From: an uncultured delta proteobacterium
GTDB lineage: Bacteria; Myxococcota; Myxococcia; Myxococcales; Myxococcaceae
NCBI GenBank assembly: GCA_963796055.1
Contig: CAWCKH010000004.1
Location: forward strand, 224,001 to 288,000
Direction: 5' to 3'
DNA length: 64,000 bases
Part shown: positions 42,320-52,800 of the stretch, piece by piece
Layout of the letters: every line of letters starts with the position of its first letter
Position numbering within the stretch: position 1 is the first letter of the stretch
Program-made: the position numbers and the translations under genes
The notes under the pieces: generated by a model
Databases searched by the model: none
Told to the model about the DNA's origin: nothing
Seen by the model: only the letters and a program-made list of their open reading frames with translations

Positions 42320-43103
42320 CCGAGGACTTCGGAAGCACACGGTCGCCTCTGGGGTGCGCGCGCGAGGGACTGGGCCGACTTTCAGGAAGGGACGGTTCGC
42401 CCGGTCTTCCAAGCCGTGCTCGAGCGCACGCGCGTGGGGCCGGGAACGCGATATCTCGATGCCGGCTGCGGCTCGGGGATGGCGGCAGAGATGGCTGCTG
42501 ACGCGTGGGGCCGAGGTGTCCGGCGTGGACGCGGCGGAGGCGATGCTGTCGATCGCGCGATCGCGTGTGCCGACGGGCGACTTCCGCCAAGGCGATCTGG
42601 AGGAACTGCCGTTCGCTGACGAAACCTTCGATGTGGTGACCGGCTTCAATTCGTTGCAGTACGCCGGGAACCCGGTTGCGGCGCTGCGCGAGGCAGGACG
42701 TGTCGCCAGGCAAGGTGGCTCGGTCGTGGTGATGACCTTTGGAGACCCCGCCGGCATGGAAGTGGTCGCCTTGCTGACCGCGCTCAAGTCGCTCCTGCCG
42801 CCCCCGCCCCCGGGAGCACCTGGCCCGTTCGCGCTGTCCGACGAAACCATCCTGCGCCAGTTCGCAACTGACGCAGGACTCGAGCCCATCGAGGTCTTCG
42901 ACGTCGACAGCCCCTGGATCTACACCGACAAGACCGCGGCATTGCGGGGTCTGACGTCGACGGGGAACGCGGTCAGGGCCATGGAGCAGATCGACGAGAA
43001 GGTCGTGACCCAGGCCTACGAGAAGGCAATCGAGCCGTTCCGCCAGTCCGACGGCAGTTATCGCGCGTCGGCCTGGTTCCGCTGCCTGCTGGCACGGCGG
43101 TGA
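42320..43103 (+). pseudogene. Class I SAM methyltransferase, frameshifted near 42500
   Basis: YLDAGCGSG in one frame; GVDAAEAM, GDLEELPFADETFDVV in another. Confidence 0.75.
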
Positions 43104-43188
43104 GGGTGAAGCCGGCCGCTCGACGGACCGCTCGGCAGTGGAGGCGGAAACCGCCCTCGGGGCGCAGACTGGACGGAGCCTTTTCAGA

Positions 43189-43641
43189 ATGATCCTCCGC
43201 AACGTCACAGATGAGGACCTTCCCATCTTCTTCGAACACCAGCGCGACCCAGAAGCGCTGCGCATGGCCGCATTTACCTCGCGGGAGCGCGACGCGTTCA
43301 TGACCCACTGGCGCACAAAGGTTCTCCGCCCTGAAAACGTCGCCCGCACCATCGTCATGGGCGGCGTGGTCGTTGGGAACATCGGCAGCTGGGAACAGGA
43401 TGCCAAGCGCCTCGTCGGCTATTGGATCGGTCGCGAGCATTGGGGCAAAGGCATCGCCACTCGGGCCCTCTCTGAGTTTCTCGTGCTCGAGCCCGCCCGG
43501 CCGCTTCATGCGTGGGTCGCCCTCCACAACCTCGCGTCGATCCGCGTCCTCGAGAAGTGTGGCTTCCACGCCATGATCAACGAGAACCAGCATCACCAGG
43601 GTGGAGTTGCCGAAGTCCTCATGAGGCTTGGTTCGACGTAG
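43189..43641 (+). CDS. GNAT (RimJ/RimL-like) acetyltransferase
   Basis: VGYWIGREHWGKGIAT, NLASIRVLEKCGF. Confidence 0.88.
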   Translation: MILRNVTDEDLPIFFEHQRDPEALRMAAFTSRERDAFMTHWRTKVLRPENVARTIVMGGVVVGNIGSWEQDAKRLVGYWIGREHWGKGIATRALSEFLVLEPARPLHAWVALHNLASIRVLEKCGFHAMINENQHHQGGVAEVLMRLGST

Positions 43642-43734
43642 TGCCCGCCAACACCTGCAGGAGCCAGTCGACGATGCGGCCGAGGCGCCCTGAGGGATCG
43701 ACGAGAAGCCGGCCACGGGGCGCCCGGCGAAGCT

Positions 43735-43841
43735 GGCTCGTCACGCTCGATCGCTCACTGCTCACCGAGCGGGTCGGTCGGGTCTCGGCCAAGCAGCTGG
43801 ACCTGGTTCTGGCCTGCTTCGACACCGTGCTGGGTCGGTGA
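43735..43841 (+). pseudogene. PemK/MazF toxin C-terminal fragment
   Basis: LVTLDRSLLTERVGRVS...FDTVLGR. Confidence 0.55.
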
Positions 43842-43915
43842 CCGGCTGGTCACCGTACTGAGACGAGCCGCACGTGCCGGGCCGGCGAACGGCGAATCGC
43901 CCGTCTCGCCGAGCG

Positions 43916-44446
43916 TTACTTGACACCCTTCGCCGGGTCCCAGGCTCCTTGCATCTTCCGAAGGATGAGGATCTGCCCGGTGTGGTAGGCGTTGTGGGTC
44001 GCGATCCGGCCGAGCGTCGGCGCCCAGGACTGCAGCGTCTTGTCGTCCGCGCCAGCGACCAGCTTTTCCAGCTCGCCCAGCACCCAATCGAGCCTCTCTC
44101 GGATCTCGTCCCAGCGGGCCTGGTCGAAGGCATTGAAGGTCTCCTCGTTGTTGCCGTCGAACTTCGCCGGAGCCACTCGCTTGAACTTGGCAAGCTGCTG
44201 CGAGTTCCAGAACAGCAGGTGGTTCGCGAGCTGCCCGATGGAGTGGTCTCCCCCCTGCGGCTTCCAGCTCGCCTGGGCAGCGGTGACTCCGTCGAGCGCG
44301 GGTTTCACGGGAACGAACCAGTCCTGCTGGTCGTGTGCCGTGCGGAGCTGGTCGAGCAGACTGCTCCTCAGGGTGACTGGCTTCGCGACTGGCTCGGCCG
44401 CAAAGGCCGGCTGGCACAGGAACAGCAGGACAGCGAGCGCTCTCAT
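43916..44446 (-). CDS. Secreted DinB-family protein
   Basis: Signal peptide; HSIGQLANHLLFW, HNAYHTGQI. Confidence 0.85.
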   Translation of the reverse strand: MRALAVLLFLCQPAFAAEPVAKPVTLRSSLLDQLRTAHDQQDWFVPVKPALDGVTAAQASWKPQGGDHSIGQLANHLLFWNSQQLAKFKRVAPAKFDGNNEETFNAFDQARWDEIRERLDWVLGELEKLVAGADDKTLQSWAPTLGRIATHNAYHTGQILILRKMQGAWDPAKGVK

Positions 44447-44532
44447 CGACCTCTCCTCCAGTCGCCAACGGAGAATAGCTGGAGGCAGGTCAGGTGGGCG
44501 CGGCAGCCTCGAAATCCTTGGCAAATCACCTG

Positions 44533-44808
44533 ATCGACGATGGCCGAGTACTCGGCTGCCGCGGCGTGCCAGTCCGGCGTGGTGGAGACCCAGAGGTCGG
44601 GGATGGACGGGAAGTCTTCGGGCGAGTCGGGCTCGTCCAGCTCGAGCGCGGGGTGTCGGCGGGACCTCGAGCGTGAGGACTCGGGTCCCTGCGTCCTCGC
44701 GGGTCGTGTAGGCCCACTGCGCGCCGGCCTCGGTCAGGTGGAACCGGAGGTCTCGGGGGAACTCCACGCGGACCGTGAGCTTCCGGGTCGGGTAGACGTT
44801 CTGGAGCG
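44533..44808 (-). repeat. Partial copy of DUF3857/transglutaminase-like gene
   Basis: Matches 38405-38679. Confidence 0.92.
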
Positions 44809-44999
44809 GGATGCGGAGGGGCGGGCGAACAACCGAGCCCCAACCGGCGCAACGCCGGGCCCCGCTGGGGCCGTCCGAACTGCGGTGTCACACACCGAAC
44901 CGTGACACCCAGGCGTCTTGCGCCTGAAACAGACAGGGCGTAACCGCCACGCCGGCAGCGACTCACCAGGTCTTCTCGGTTCCGAGGGAGCTCCAAGCC

Positions 45000-46211
45000 A
45001 TGACTCCAGTGAGCAGTGACGAGACCGCCGTTCGTCCGTTCGAGGTTCCTGTTTTTCCGGAAGAGGAGCTCACCGACCTGCGCAGACGGATCAAGGCGAC
45101 ACGGTGGCCCGAACGGGAGACGGTCCCCGATCTCTCGCAAGGCGTGCAGCAGGCCACGATCCAGAAGCTCGCGCACTACTGGGGCACCGAGTACGACTGG
45201 CGCAGGTGCGAGGCCAAACTGAAAGCCCTTCCGCACTTCGTCACCGAGATCGATGGGCTCGACATTCATTTCATCCACGTTCGTTCGAAGCACGAGAATG
45301 CCTTGCCGCTCATCGTCACCCACGGCTGGCCAGGCTCGATCACCGAGCAGCTGAAGATCATCGATCCGCTGACCAATCCGACGGGGCATGGGGCAAACGC
45401 CTCGGACGCCTTCGACCTGGTGGTTCCGTCGATGCCGGGCTACGGGTTCTCGGGCAAGCCGAGCAGCACTGGCTGGGAACCGGCGCGCATCGCACGTGCC
45501 TGGGCCGTGCTCATGAAGCGCCTGGGATACACGCAGTTCGTGGCGCAAGGGGGTGACTGGGGCGCGGTGGTCACGGACATGCTGGGTGCCCAGGCCGCCC
45601 CGGAGCTGCTCGGCATTCACACCAACATGCCCGGCGTGGTCCCGACGGAGATCTTGAAGGCGGCGCTCTTCGGCGGCGAGCCCCCGCCAGCCGGACTCCC
45701 CGCGGATGAACGACAGGCGTGGGAGCAGCTCAACCTGTTCGGCAAGCACCTGGGCTACGCGATCATGATGGGGACGCGTCCGCAGACGTTGACCGGATTC
45801 GCCGACTCACCGGTCGGCCTTGCGGCCTTCATGATCGACCACGACGATCGCAGCTACGAGCTCATCGCCCGCGTCTTCGACGGCCGGTCCGAGGGACTGA
45901 CCCGGGACGACGTCCTCGACAACATCACGCTCTACTGGCTGACCAACACCTCGATCTCCGCGGCTCGCCTCTACTGGGAGAACAAGCTCGCCTTCTTCGC
46001 TCCGAAGGGCGTCGCGATCCCGGTCGCGGTGAGCGCCTTCCCGGACGAGCTCTACCAGGCCCCGCGGAGCTGGGCCGAGCGGGCGTACCCCAAGCTCACC
46101 TACTACCGGACGCGCGACAAGGGCGGACACTTTGCCGCCTGGGAGCAGCCCCAGGCCCTGTCGGAGGACATTCGCGAAGGCTTCAGGTCACTGCGAACCA
46201 GGGCGCGGTAG
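45000..46211 (+). CDS. Epoxide hydrolase family protein
   Basis: HGWPGS, PSMPGYGFS, QGGDWG, GGHFAAWEQP. Confidence 0.93.
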   Translation: MTPVSSDETAVRPFEVPVFPEEELTDLRRRIKATRWPERETVPDLSQGVQQATIQKLAHYWGTEYDWRRCEAKLKALPHFVTEIDGLDIHFIHVRSKHENALPLIVTHGWPGSITEQLKIIDPLTNPTGHGANASDAFDLVVPSMPGYGFSGKPSSTGWEPARIARAWAVLMKRLGYTQFVAQGGDWGAVVTDMLGAQAAPELLGIHTNMPGVVPTEILKAALFGGEPPPAGLPADERQAWEQLNLFGKHLGYAIMMGTRPQTLTGFADSPVGLAAFMIDHDDRSYELIARVFDGRSEGLTRDDVLDNITLYWLTNTSISAARLYWENKLAFFAPKGVAIPVAVSAFPDELYQAPRSWAERAYPKLTYYRTRDKGGHFAAWEQPQALSEDIREGFRSLRTRAR

Positions 46212-46262
46212 GGATCACTCGATCCTCGGCAGGATGGCTCCGCCCCGCTAGCAAGCCCGATG

Positions 46263-46824
<562 letters not shown>

Positions 46825-46907
46825 GACGTAAGAGTACCGCCGATTGGGTAGCCCGGTACGACCGTACCGCACGACCCGTGGTCGTCGCTTCCATGGCTCG
46901 GCCTCGC

Positions 46908-47501
46908 CTATCTCGCCTCCCGAGCATACGTCGCGAGGATCGCGCCAGTGCTCGTGGCCTCGCTGGCGACGAGCCGCAGCGCCGCGAGCCGGCCATCATC
47001 GCGAAAGAAGCGCTTGCCACCGCCCAGGATGACCGGATCGATCATGAACCGGAACTCGTCGACGAGGTCGTTGGCCATGAGTGCGTGGAGCAGCTCGGTG
47101 CTCCCGATGGTGAGGAGATCCGCGCCAGCCTCGCGCTTCAATGCCGATACGGCTGCCGCGATATCACCCTGGAGCAATGTCGAGTTCTGCCAGGTGAGGG
47201 GCTCCTTCAGCGTCCGTGACGCCACGTGCTTGGGAAGGGAGTTGAGAGGCCGCGCGAGCGGCTGCTCCTCCGCCGAAGCGTTCGGCCAGTGGGCCGCGAA
47301 CGCGTCGTACGTCCGGCGGCCGAGCAAGAACCCGCCCGCCTGGGTCACGTTCTCGACGACCCATCTCATCGACGCTGCATCGAAGTAGCGCGGGTGCCAC
47401 CCGCCGTGCCTGAAGCCGCCGGACGGATCCTCGTCCCGGTAGACCGGCGCCTGCACGACACCATCGAGGCTCGTCCATTCGCAGGCGATCACTTTGCGCA
47501 T
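46908..47501 (-). CDS. Dihydrofolate reductase (RibD C-terminal) family protein
   Basis: SLDGVVQAP, LLGRRTY, LVDEFRFMIDPVILGGG. Confidence 0.88.
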   Translation of the reverse strand: MRKVIACEWTSLDGVVQAPVYRDEDPSGGFRHGGWHPRYFDAASMRWVVENVTQAGGFLLGRRTYDAFAAHWPNASAEEQPLARPLNSLPKHVASRTLKEPLTWQNSTLLQGDIAAAVSALKREAGADLLTIGSTELLHALMANDLVDEFRFMIDPVILGGGKRFFRDDGRLAALRLVASEATSTGAILATYAREAR

Positions 47502-47962
47502 TGGGTCTCCAGCTTCTCGAGAACGAGCTCCCAGCCGAGCCGCACCTTGTCGGCGACATCCGGCATCGCCCGGGCGAGCTCATCGAGCCGCTCGTGGACG
47601 AGGGTGAGCAGCGTGGACCCTCGATCGACCTCGCGGAGGGTGATGGTCAATCGGGAATCGAAGACCGGACCTTCGGCTCTCCGGGGACCCACGAAGCCCC
47701 ATCGAAAGACGATGCGCTCGTCGGGTACCAGCTCGATGATTTCGCATTCGAACCCGCCTGCTCTTCCGCCCGAGCCCATCTGCCAGACGCTGTAGCGACC
47801 GCCCACCCGTTCGTCGATCTCGACGCGCTTCACCTCCAGACTTCCCGGTGCCATCCACTGCCGAACCAGATCGGGTTCGAGCCATGCGCGGTACACCGCA
47901 TGAGCTGGAGCCGGGATGGTGCGCTCCAAGCGAACGGCGGGGAACTTGGTCGTCTGGGTCAT
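47489..47962 (-). CDS. SRPBCC/AHSA1 family protein
   Basis: VYRAWLEPDLVRQW, TLLTLVHE, GWELVLEKL. Confidence 0.85.
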   Translation of the reverse strand: MTQTTKFPAVRLERTIPAPAHAVYRAWLEPDLVRQWMAPGSLEVKRVEIDERVGGRYSVWQMGSGGRAGGFECEIIELVPDERIVFRWGFVGPRRAEGPVFDSRLTITLREVDRGSTLLTLVHERLDELARAMPDVADKVRLGWELVLEKLETQCAK

Positions 47963-48312
47963 GGGCTCTTCCTCCTCTTCTTCTTCTTCGGACCGGGATG
48001 GAGAAGGGTCTCGAGGGCGTCCAGCCGCTCGCCCCAGAAGCGCTCGTAGAACCGTAGCCAGCCCGCGGCTGATGCGAGCGGGGCGGCCTCCAGCCGGCAA
48101 ACGTGACGTCGACCTTCGACGGTGCGATGGATCAGCCCCGCCCCTTCCAGGACCTTCACGTGCTTGGACGCCGCCGCGAGCGACATCGCCAGCGGCTCAG
48201 CGAGTTCGCCCACCGTGAGCTGACCGGACGCGAGGCGGCCGAGCATGTCCCGCCGCGCATCGTGCGCGAGCGCGTGAAACACGGTGCCAACGCCGGACGG
48301 ACCGTCAACCAT
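47959..48312 (-). CDS. ArsR/SmtB family regulator
   Basis: FHALAHDARR, ASKHVKVLEGAGLI. Confidence 0.9.
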   Translation of the reverse strand: MVDGPSGVGTVFHALAHDARRDMLGRLASGQLTVGELAEPLAMSLAAASKHVKVLEGAGLIHRTVEGRRHVCRLEAAPLASAAGWLRFYERFWGERLDALETLLHPGPKKKKRRKSP

Positions 48313-48361
48313 AGGGTTGAATGTAGATTCGGTCAGGCCCCCTCGTCAACCTTCTGGTTGA
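48305..48361. promoter_or_regulatory. Two TCAACC-N4-GGTTGA palindromes, putative ArsR operators
   Basis: Copies at 48305-48320 (over the start codon) and 48346-48361. Confidence 0.7.
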
Positions 48362-48372
48362 GCGTTTCCCCC

Positions 48373-48523
48373 GGGCCCAAGGCGTGACGGCGCTCCGGGT
48401 CTCGACCTCCACCACCGCGCCCCGGGTGATGTCCGGGAGTTGGCCACGGAGGACGCGGCGATCCGAGTCCATGGCCAGGCGCTCGGTGGCGGGCGCCTCG
48501 GTGAGTAGGGACGGGTCGAACCA
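48373..48523 (-). repeat. Partial copy of DUF3857/transglutaminase-like gene
   Basis: Matches 38704-38854. Confidence 0.9.
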
Positions 48524-48580
48524 TTGAGACGGTCCGCGGGCACAAAGGCAGGTGGCTCCCCGCCGGCGTCTCCGCGCCGC

Positions 48581-48925
48581 CTATTCCGAGACAGGTCCGC
48601 CCCCGTCAACTGGGGGAGTGACCACCGGACCAGCATCCAGTTTGGGCACGACGATGGCGAGAGACGGAGATCCCTGGAGCGTCCCTGGGACCCTGTTGAT
48701 CTGGACGTCAGGCCCGACGCCACCATCCTGCGGGCCCGCGTCAGCCCCGGTGCCCCCCGCGTCCGAGCCAACGTTCCCTTCAGGTGGCGAGCCCTTGCGC
48801 CCACAACCCGTCAGGGAAATCCCCAGCAACAGGATGAGGCCCAGTCCCACGAAGTGCCCGTGCCAGCCGGGATGCTCCGCGAAAGCGGCGTGTGCTGAAC
48901 CGTGTTTCTCTTTGGAGACGCTCAT
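48581..48925 (-). CDS. Short putative lipoprotein, possibly truncated
   Basis: LLLGISLTGC lipobox and DAG/DGG low-complexity linker. Confidence 0.45.
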   Translation of the reverse strand: MSVSKEKHGSAHAAFAEHPGWHGHFVGLGLILLLGISLTGCGRKGSPPEGNVGSDAGGTGADAGPQDGGVGPDVQINRVPGTLQGSPSLAIVVPKLDAGPVVTPPVDGGGPVSE

Positions 48926-48962
48926 GGGCCCGCCAGCGATGTGGTCATCCTCGACGCTGTGG

Positions 48963-49823
48963 TCATGGTGACCGACCCCCGTTCCCTGCATCGCCGAGGG
49001 ATCGGGAGCGCAGTGCCGCTTCGAGTCGTCGTGCGTCCTCTCTCACGTGAGGTTCCTGGGGCGTGCCCGTGATTTCCCGGAGCTGAGCTCGCGCCTCGGC
49101 CGTTCGCCCCGTCAAGGCGAGCTCGGTCGCAAGTCTCAGACGAATACTCTGTGCGAACGGGAAGGACGGAAAATTCTTCAAGAACGCCTTCATTCTATCG
49201 ATACTCGGCTGCAGCTCGTCCCCGTGGAGAAAGCGATAGGAACCCATCTCCAGAGAGACGGACGGGTCCTCATAAAGGCGGTCGATCTCCCGCCAGCTCA
49301 AGAAGTCATACCCGGCCAGGATGGAATCCGTGTACTCCGCCCTGTCGTTTTGCGCTGCACGGGCCCGGGCGTCCGCCGAGGTTCCAGGGACCAACTTGAC
49401 CTTCACAGGGTGGCTTGCGCCGCAGCAGCCCACTGCCCCTTTGAGGCGCACCTCGTATTCCTTCTGTCCGCTTGTTTCGATGCAGGCAGGAAAGACCAGA
49501 CCGAGGTTTCTCGTTTCGTGTGAACGAAAGTCAGGGCGAGTTGCGATGGACAGCTCGCTCTCGATGGGAGTGGTCCACGACTCTCTGTGGCAAAGCTCCC
49601 AGGATCCATCGCTTCGACGGTGTTCCCAGCTTCCCTTCACGACCCCGCCTGGAGGCCCAAACTTCTCGTCTCCATCATTCGTCGCTGACAATAAAAGCAA
49701 AACCCTCTCGCCGTGGACGAACTCAGGCCTCAGTGGCCTGAGCTTGAGAACCAGAGCCGGCGCCGGCGCGGTCGCGAACACCCATGCGGCCAGGAGCGTG
49801 GCCATCCGGTCCGGAAGGATCAT
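48963..49823 (-). CDS. Secreted protein with C-terminal TPR-like helices, possible immunity/partner
   Basis: Signal-like start; ATGA overlap with stop of the giant upstream gene. Confidence 0.6.
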   Translation of the reverse strand: MILPDRMATLLAAWVFATAPAPALVLKLRPLRPEFVHGERVLLLLSATNDGDEKFGPPGGVVKGSWEHRRSDGSWELCHRESWTTPIESELSIATRPDFRSHETRNLGLVFPACIETSGQKEYEVRLKGAVGCCGASHPVKVKLVPGTSADARARAAQNDRAEYTDSILAGYDFLSWREIDRLYEDPSVSLEMGSYRFLHGDELQPSIDRMKAFLKNFPSFPFAQSIRLRLATELALTGRTAEARAQLREITGTPQEPHVREDARRLEAALRSRSLGDAGNGGRSP

Positions 49824-52800
49824 AGCCCGTCGCTCGGGAACCCGCGGATCGACCCATCTCTCGGGGAAACAGAAGTCCCAGCGCCCTGGCATGCCGGGTC
49901 ACCGAGAAGCAGCTCCTCGACGCAGAAGTGCGCGAGGCCGAGGTGCGAGTACTTTGTCGGGGGCTGTGAGCGCATCAGGCAAACCTCGCCCGAGGTCACC
50001 TTCAGCGCGGTCGTCCAGGCAAGACGTGAATCGTCATGTTCCTCGCTGCACGCAGCCACCTTGAAGTGGTGGGCGAATTCGTGAGCGGCCACCCACGCCG
50101 TGATTTGCTTCACATCATATCCAAATGACGGCGCGTCGCGCTCCATCTTTGTGATTGCGAGAGTTGTCACATCGTACCCGCGTGCGGTCAGGCCATAGCT
50201 TGGCTGGCCCTTGGAATTGACCAGGCCCGCTGTCGCACCCAGAACATGCCAGGTCGCGTGTGGAAGGTCCCCGTTTGGCGCCGAGGGAAGTTCCTGACGC
50301 GGAGCGCCCCGGCGGTAGTTCCTGAACGAGCTGACGGCGAACCAGTCGTACGAGGCTTCGTCCTTCCGCGTGAACCACTGTTCATCCAGAAAGGGCACCG
50401 GACGTGAACCCGCACCGAATTCAAGCACGTAGAATTCCACGTATGCTCCGGCAAACGCCTGGAGGAGGTCATCCAGGTTCGGCTTGAGGAGCGGGCTGGA
50501 GACACCCTGAGCGGGCGCGTTCGCGCCGAGTCCCGAGATGCCCTTGGCTCCGGCTGTGAAGTCCAGGTCCTTACCACCTACGGAATAACTTGGGATGTAG
50601 TCGCCCTGGATCGCATACGGCAGTCCGGTGCGACAGTCCTTCAGCGTCACCTTCACCAGATCGGGTCCGGCATCAGCCGGATGCGGGTCACGTTGATCAA
50701 CGCACGCCTGCTCGGATCCCTCGCCTGTCGCCGAGCCGCCGAAGATGGTGACGCTCTCGCCATCGACGATGTTATCCACTTCCTGGAAGCTGGGCGTCGC
50801 CGATCCGGGACTCAGGTTCAGCTTCGCCAGCCACACCTGTTGATCGCCCGGACTCGCCCGCCTCGCGAGAGGAGCGCCTCTCCGATACATCGGGTCGACC
50901 TCGAGCGCAATCTGTCGCCAGACCTCCACCGAGCCGCTGTAGTTGATCAATGGCCGGTCAGGCAGACCGTTCCCGGAGCACTCCGACTCGACGAAGGGCG
51001 ACATGGAGAGCTCGACGCGGTAGTTGTCTCCCGCTGCTGCGTCACCTGGAACGCGGAGGTAGACCTGGTAAACGACGTCGCCGTTGAGGAGCGGGTTGCT
51101 CGGAGGCAGGGAAAGACAGCGGGAGAACGCGCCTTGCGGGTCAGCTCCCACTCCGGCCTGGCCGCTCGTGTTCTTGTTGTCGTTTCCACGGAACGCAGTT
51201 GATTGCGGCTGCACGTACGGAGCGGTGTCCGGTGGATCCACAACCCGAAGCGCGACGGTCTGCCAGGGTGGCGCAACGACCTTCATCGAGAGCACGCCAT
51301 CGCCGACCTGTGCATCGCTCAGGAATGGGATTGGCCCGGTCGTGGGTGATGGGTTGGAGACGACCACGCGGTCGGTCACGACTCTGGCGGTCCACATCGA
51401 CGACTCGAAGAGCAACACCCGGTTCCTGGCGTCGTTCACCGTCACCGATGCGGCGCGATGCGTCGTCGGATTGAAGACCTCGGAACAACCTTGCGCCCTG
51501 CACCACAGCACGGCGTTGGGTTGCGTGGGATCATTATCGAAATACGTGTCCGCTCGGGTCAATCCCTTCACCCCGGGGATGGGAAAGGTGAGGGCGTATC
51601 CATGCAGTGGACCCACCAGCTCGACCGTGACCCTCGTGTTGTATGCGACGAACCCATCCCTGTTCAGGGCCGTCAGTGCCGGAGCGTCTGGATTGACCGC
51701 GAATTTCTTTTCATCGAGCACGAAGAATGGTGTGTCCGGGAAGACAGCGATCATCCGGCTGCTGTCCTTGTCCCAGATGAACACTGTCGAACCATCGCGG
51801 AATGCTGCGATTGCTCCGGCGGTGAAGGTGACCTTCGCGCCAGTCTTGTCCTTGAGATCGGTGGTGGACGACCACTTCGTTGCATTGCCGGTGGCGATGT
51901 CCAGCACCATCACGTCTGGATTGCCAGTCGTCGTGGGAACGAAGAAGAGCTTGCCGTCCGACGTGACCTCCGACAGCAGCTGGCCTCCCGGGATGGCCTG
52001 CAGCTTCTGACTGGAAGCCGAAGAGAATGGCTGGGCAAAGAGATCGAGATCGTAAACTCCATCACTGTCGCTGACGAAGAGATGGCCCTCTTTCTTCGGA
52101 GCCTTGAAGTCAGTTCCCACGACCGAGAGGATGCCGTTGTACGTGACCGGAGGCGAAAGCTGGATCGGGGCGACATTGTTGTCGACAGGGACGGTCCTGC
52201 CTCGGCTCGAGAGATAAAGAAATCGACCCCCTCTGGTGTCGTATGGAACCTTGAAGGTCGCGACGAAGTCCCCGGCGGTCGTGGGACCCGCGACGCTCGT
52301 GGCTTGAACGGCGTACCCCGGGAACTGCCCCACGGTCAGATGTGGATCCAGCGTGTCGAGGTTAGTGACAGCAACGGTGAAATCGTCACCCCACCAGACA
52401 TATTCCTGGCCAGCCTTGTATCCGGTGATGACCGGCTGCGGCGCCTGCGTGCTTGCCCGTGAGACCGCGACATCCGTATAGGGCAGCGGTGTCGCCCCAC
52501 CCCACCTCACCAGCTGCCCTCGGCTGTTCACGGCGGCCGCTGCCTTGGCGGCGGCCCCGAGGCCCACGATGCCGCTGATGGTGGGAATGCGGGCCGGCGC
52601 AGGCTGATCCGGACCCACCACGCCGAGCTGTCCAGAGTCGTTCGCGCCGAAGCCAACGCACGTGCCATCACCACCGCAGGCGAGACTGAACCCCTGGCCA
52701 GCGGCAATTGCTCCACTTGCGTCGGACACCAGGGTGGGGGTCGGGCTAGGCACACTCGTTGCCTTGCTACCGGTTCCGAGCTCGCCGAACGTGTTGTCGC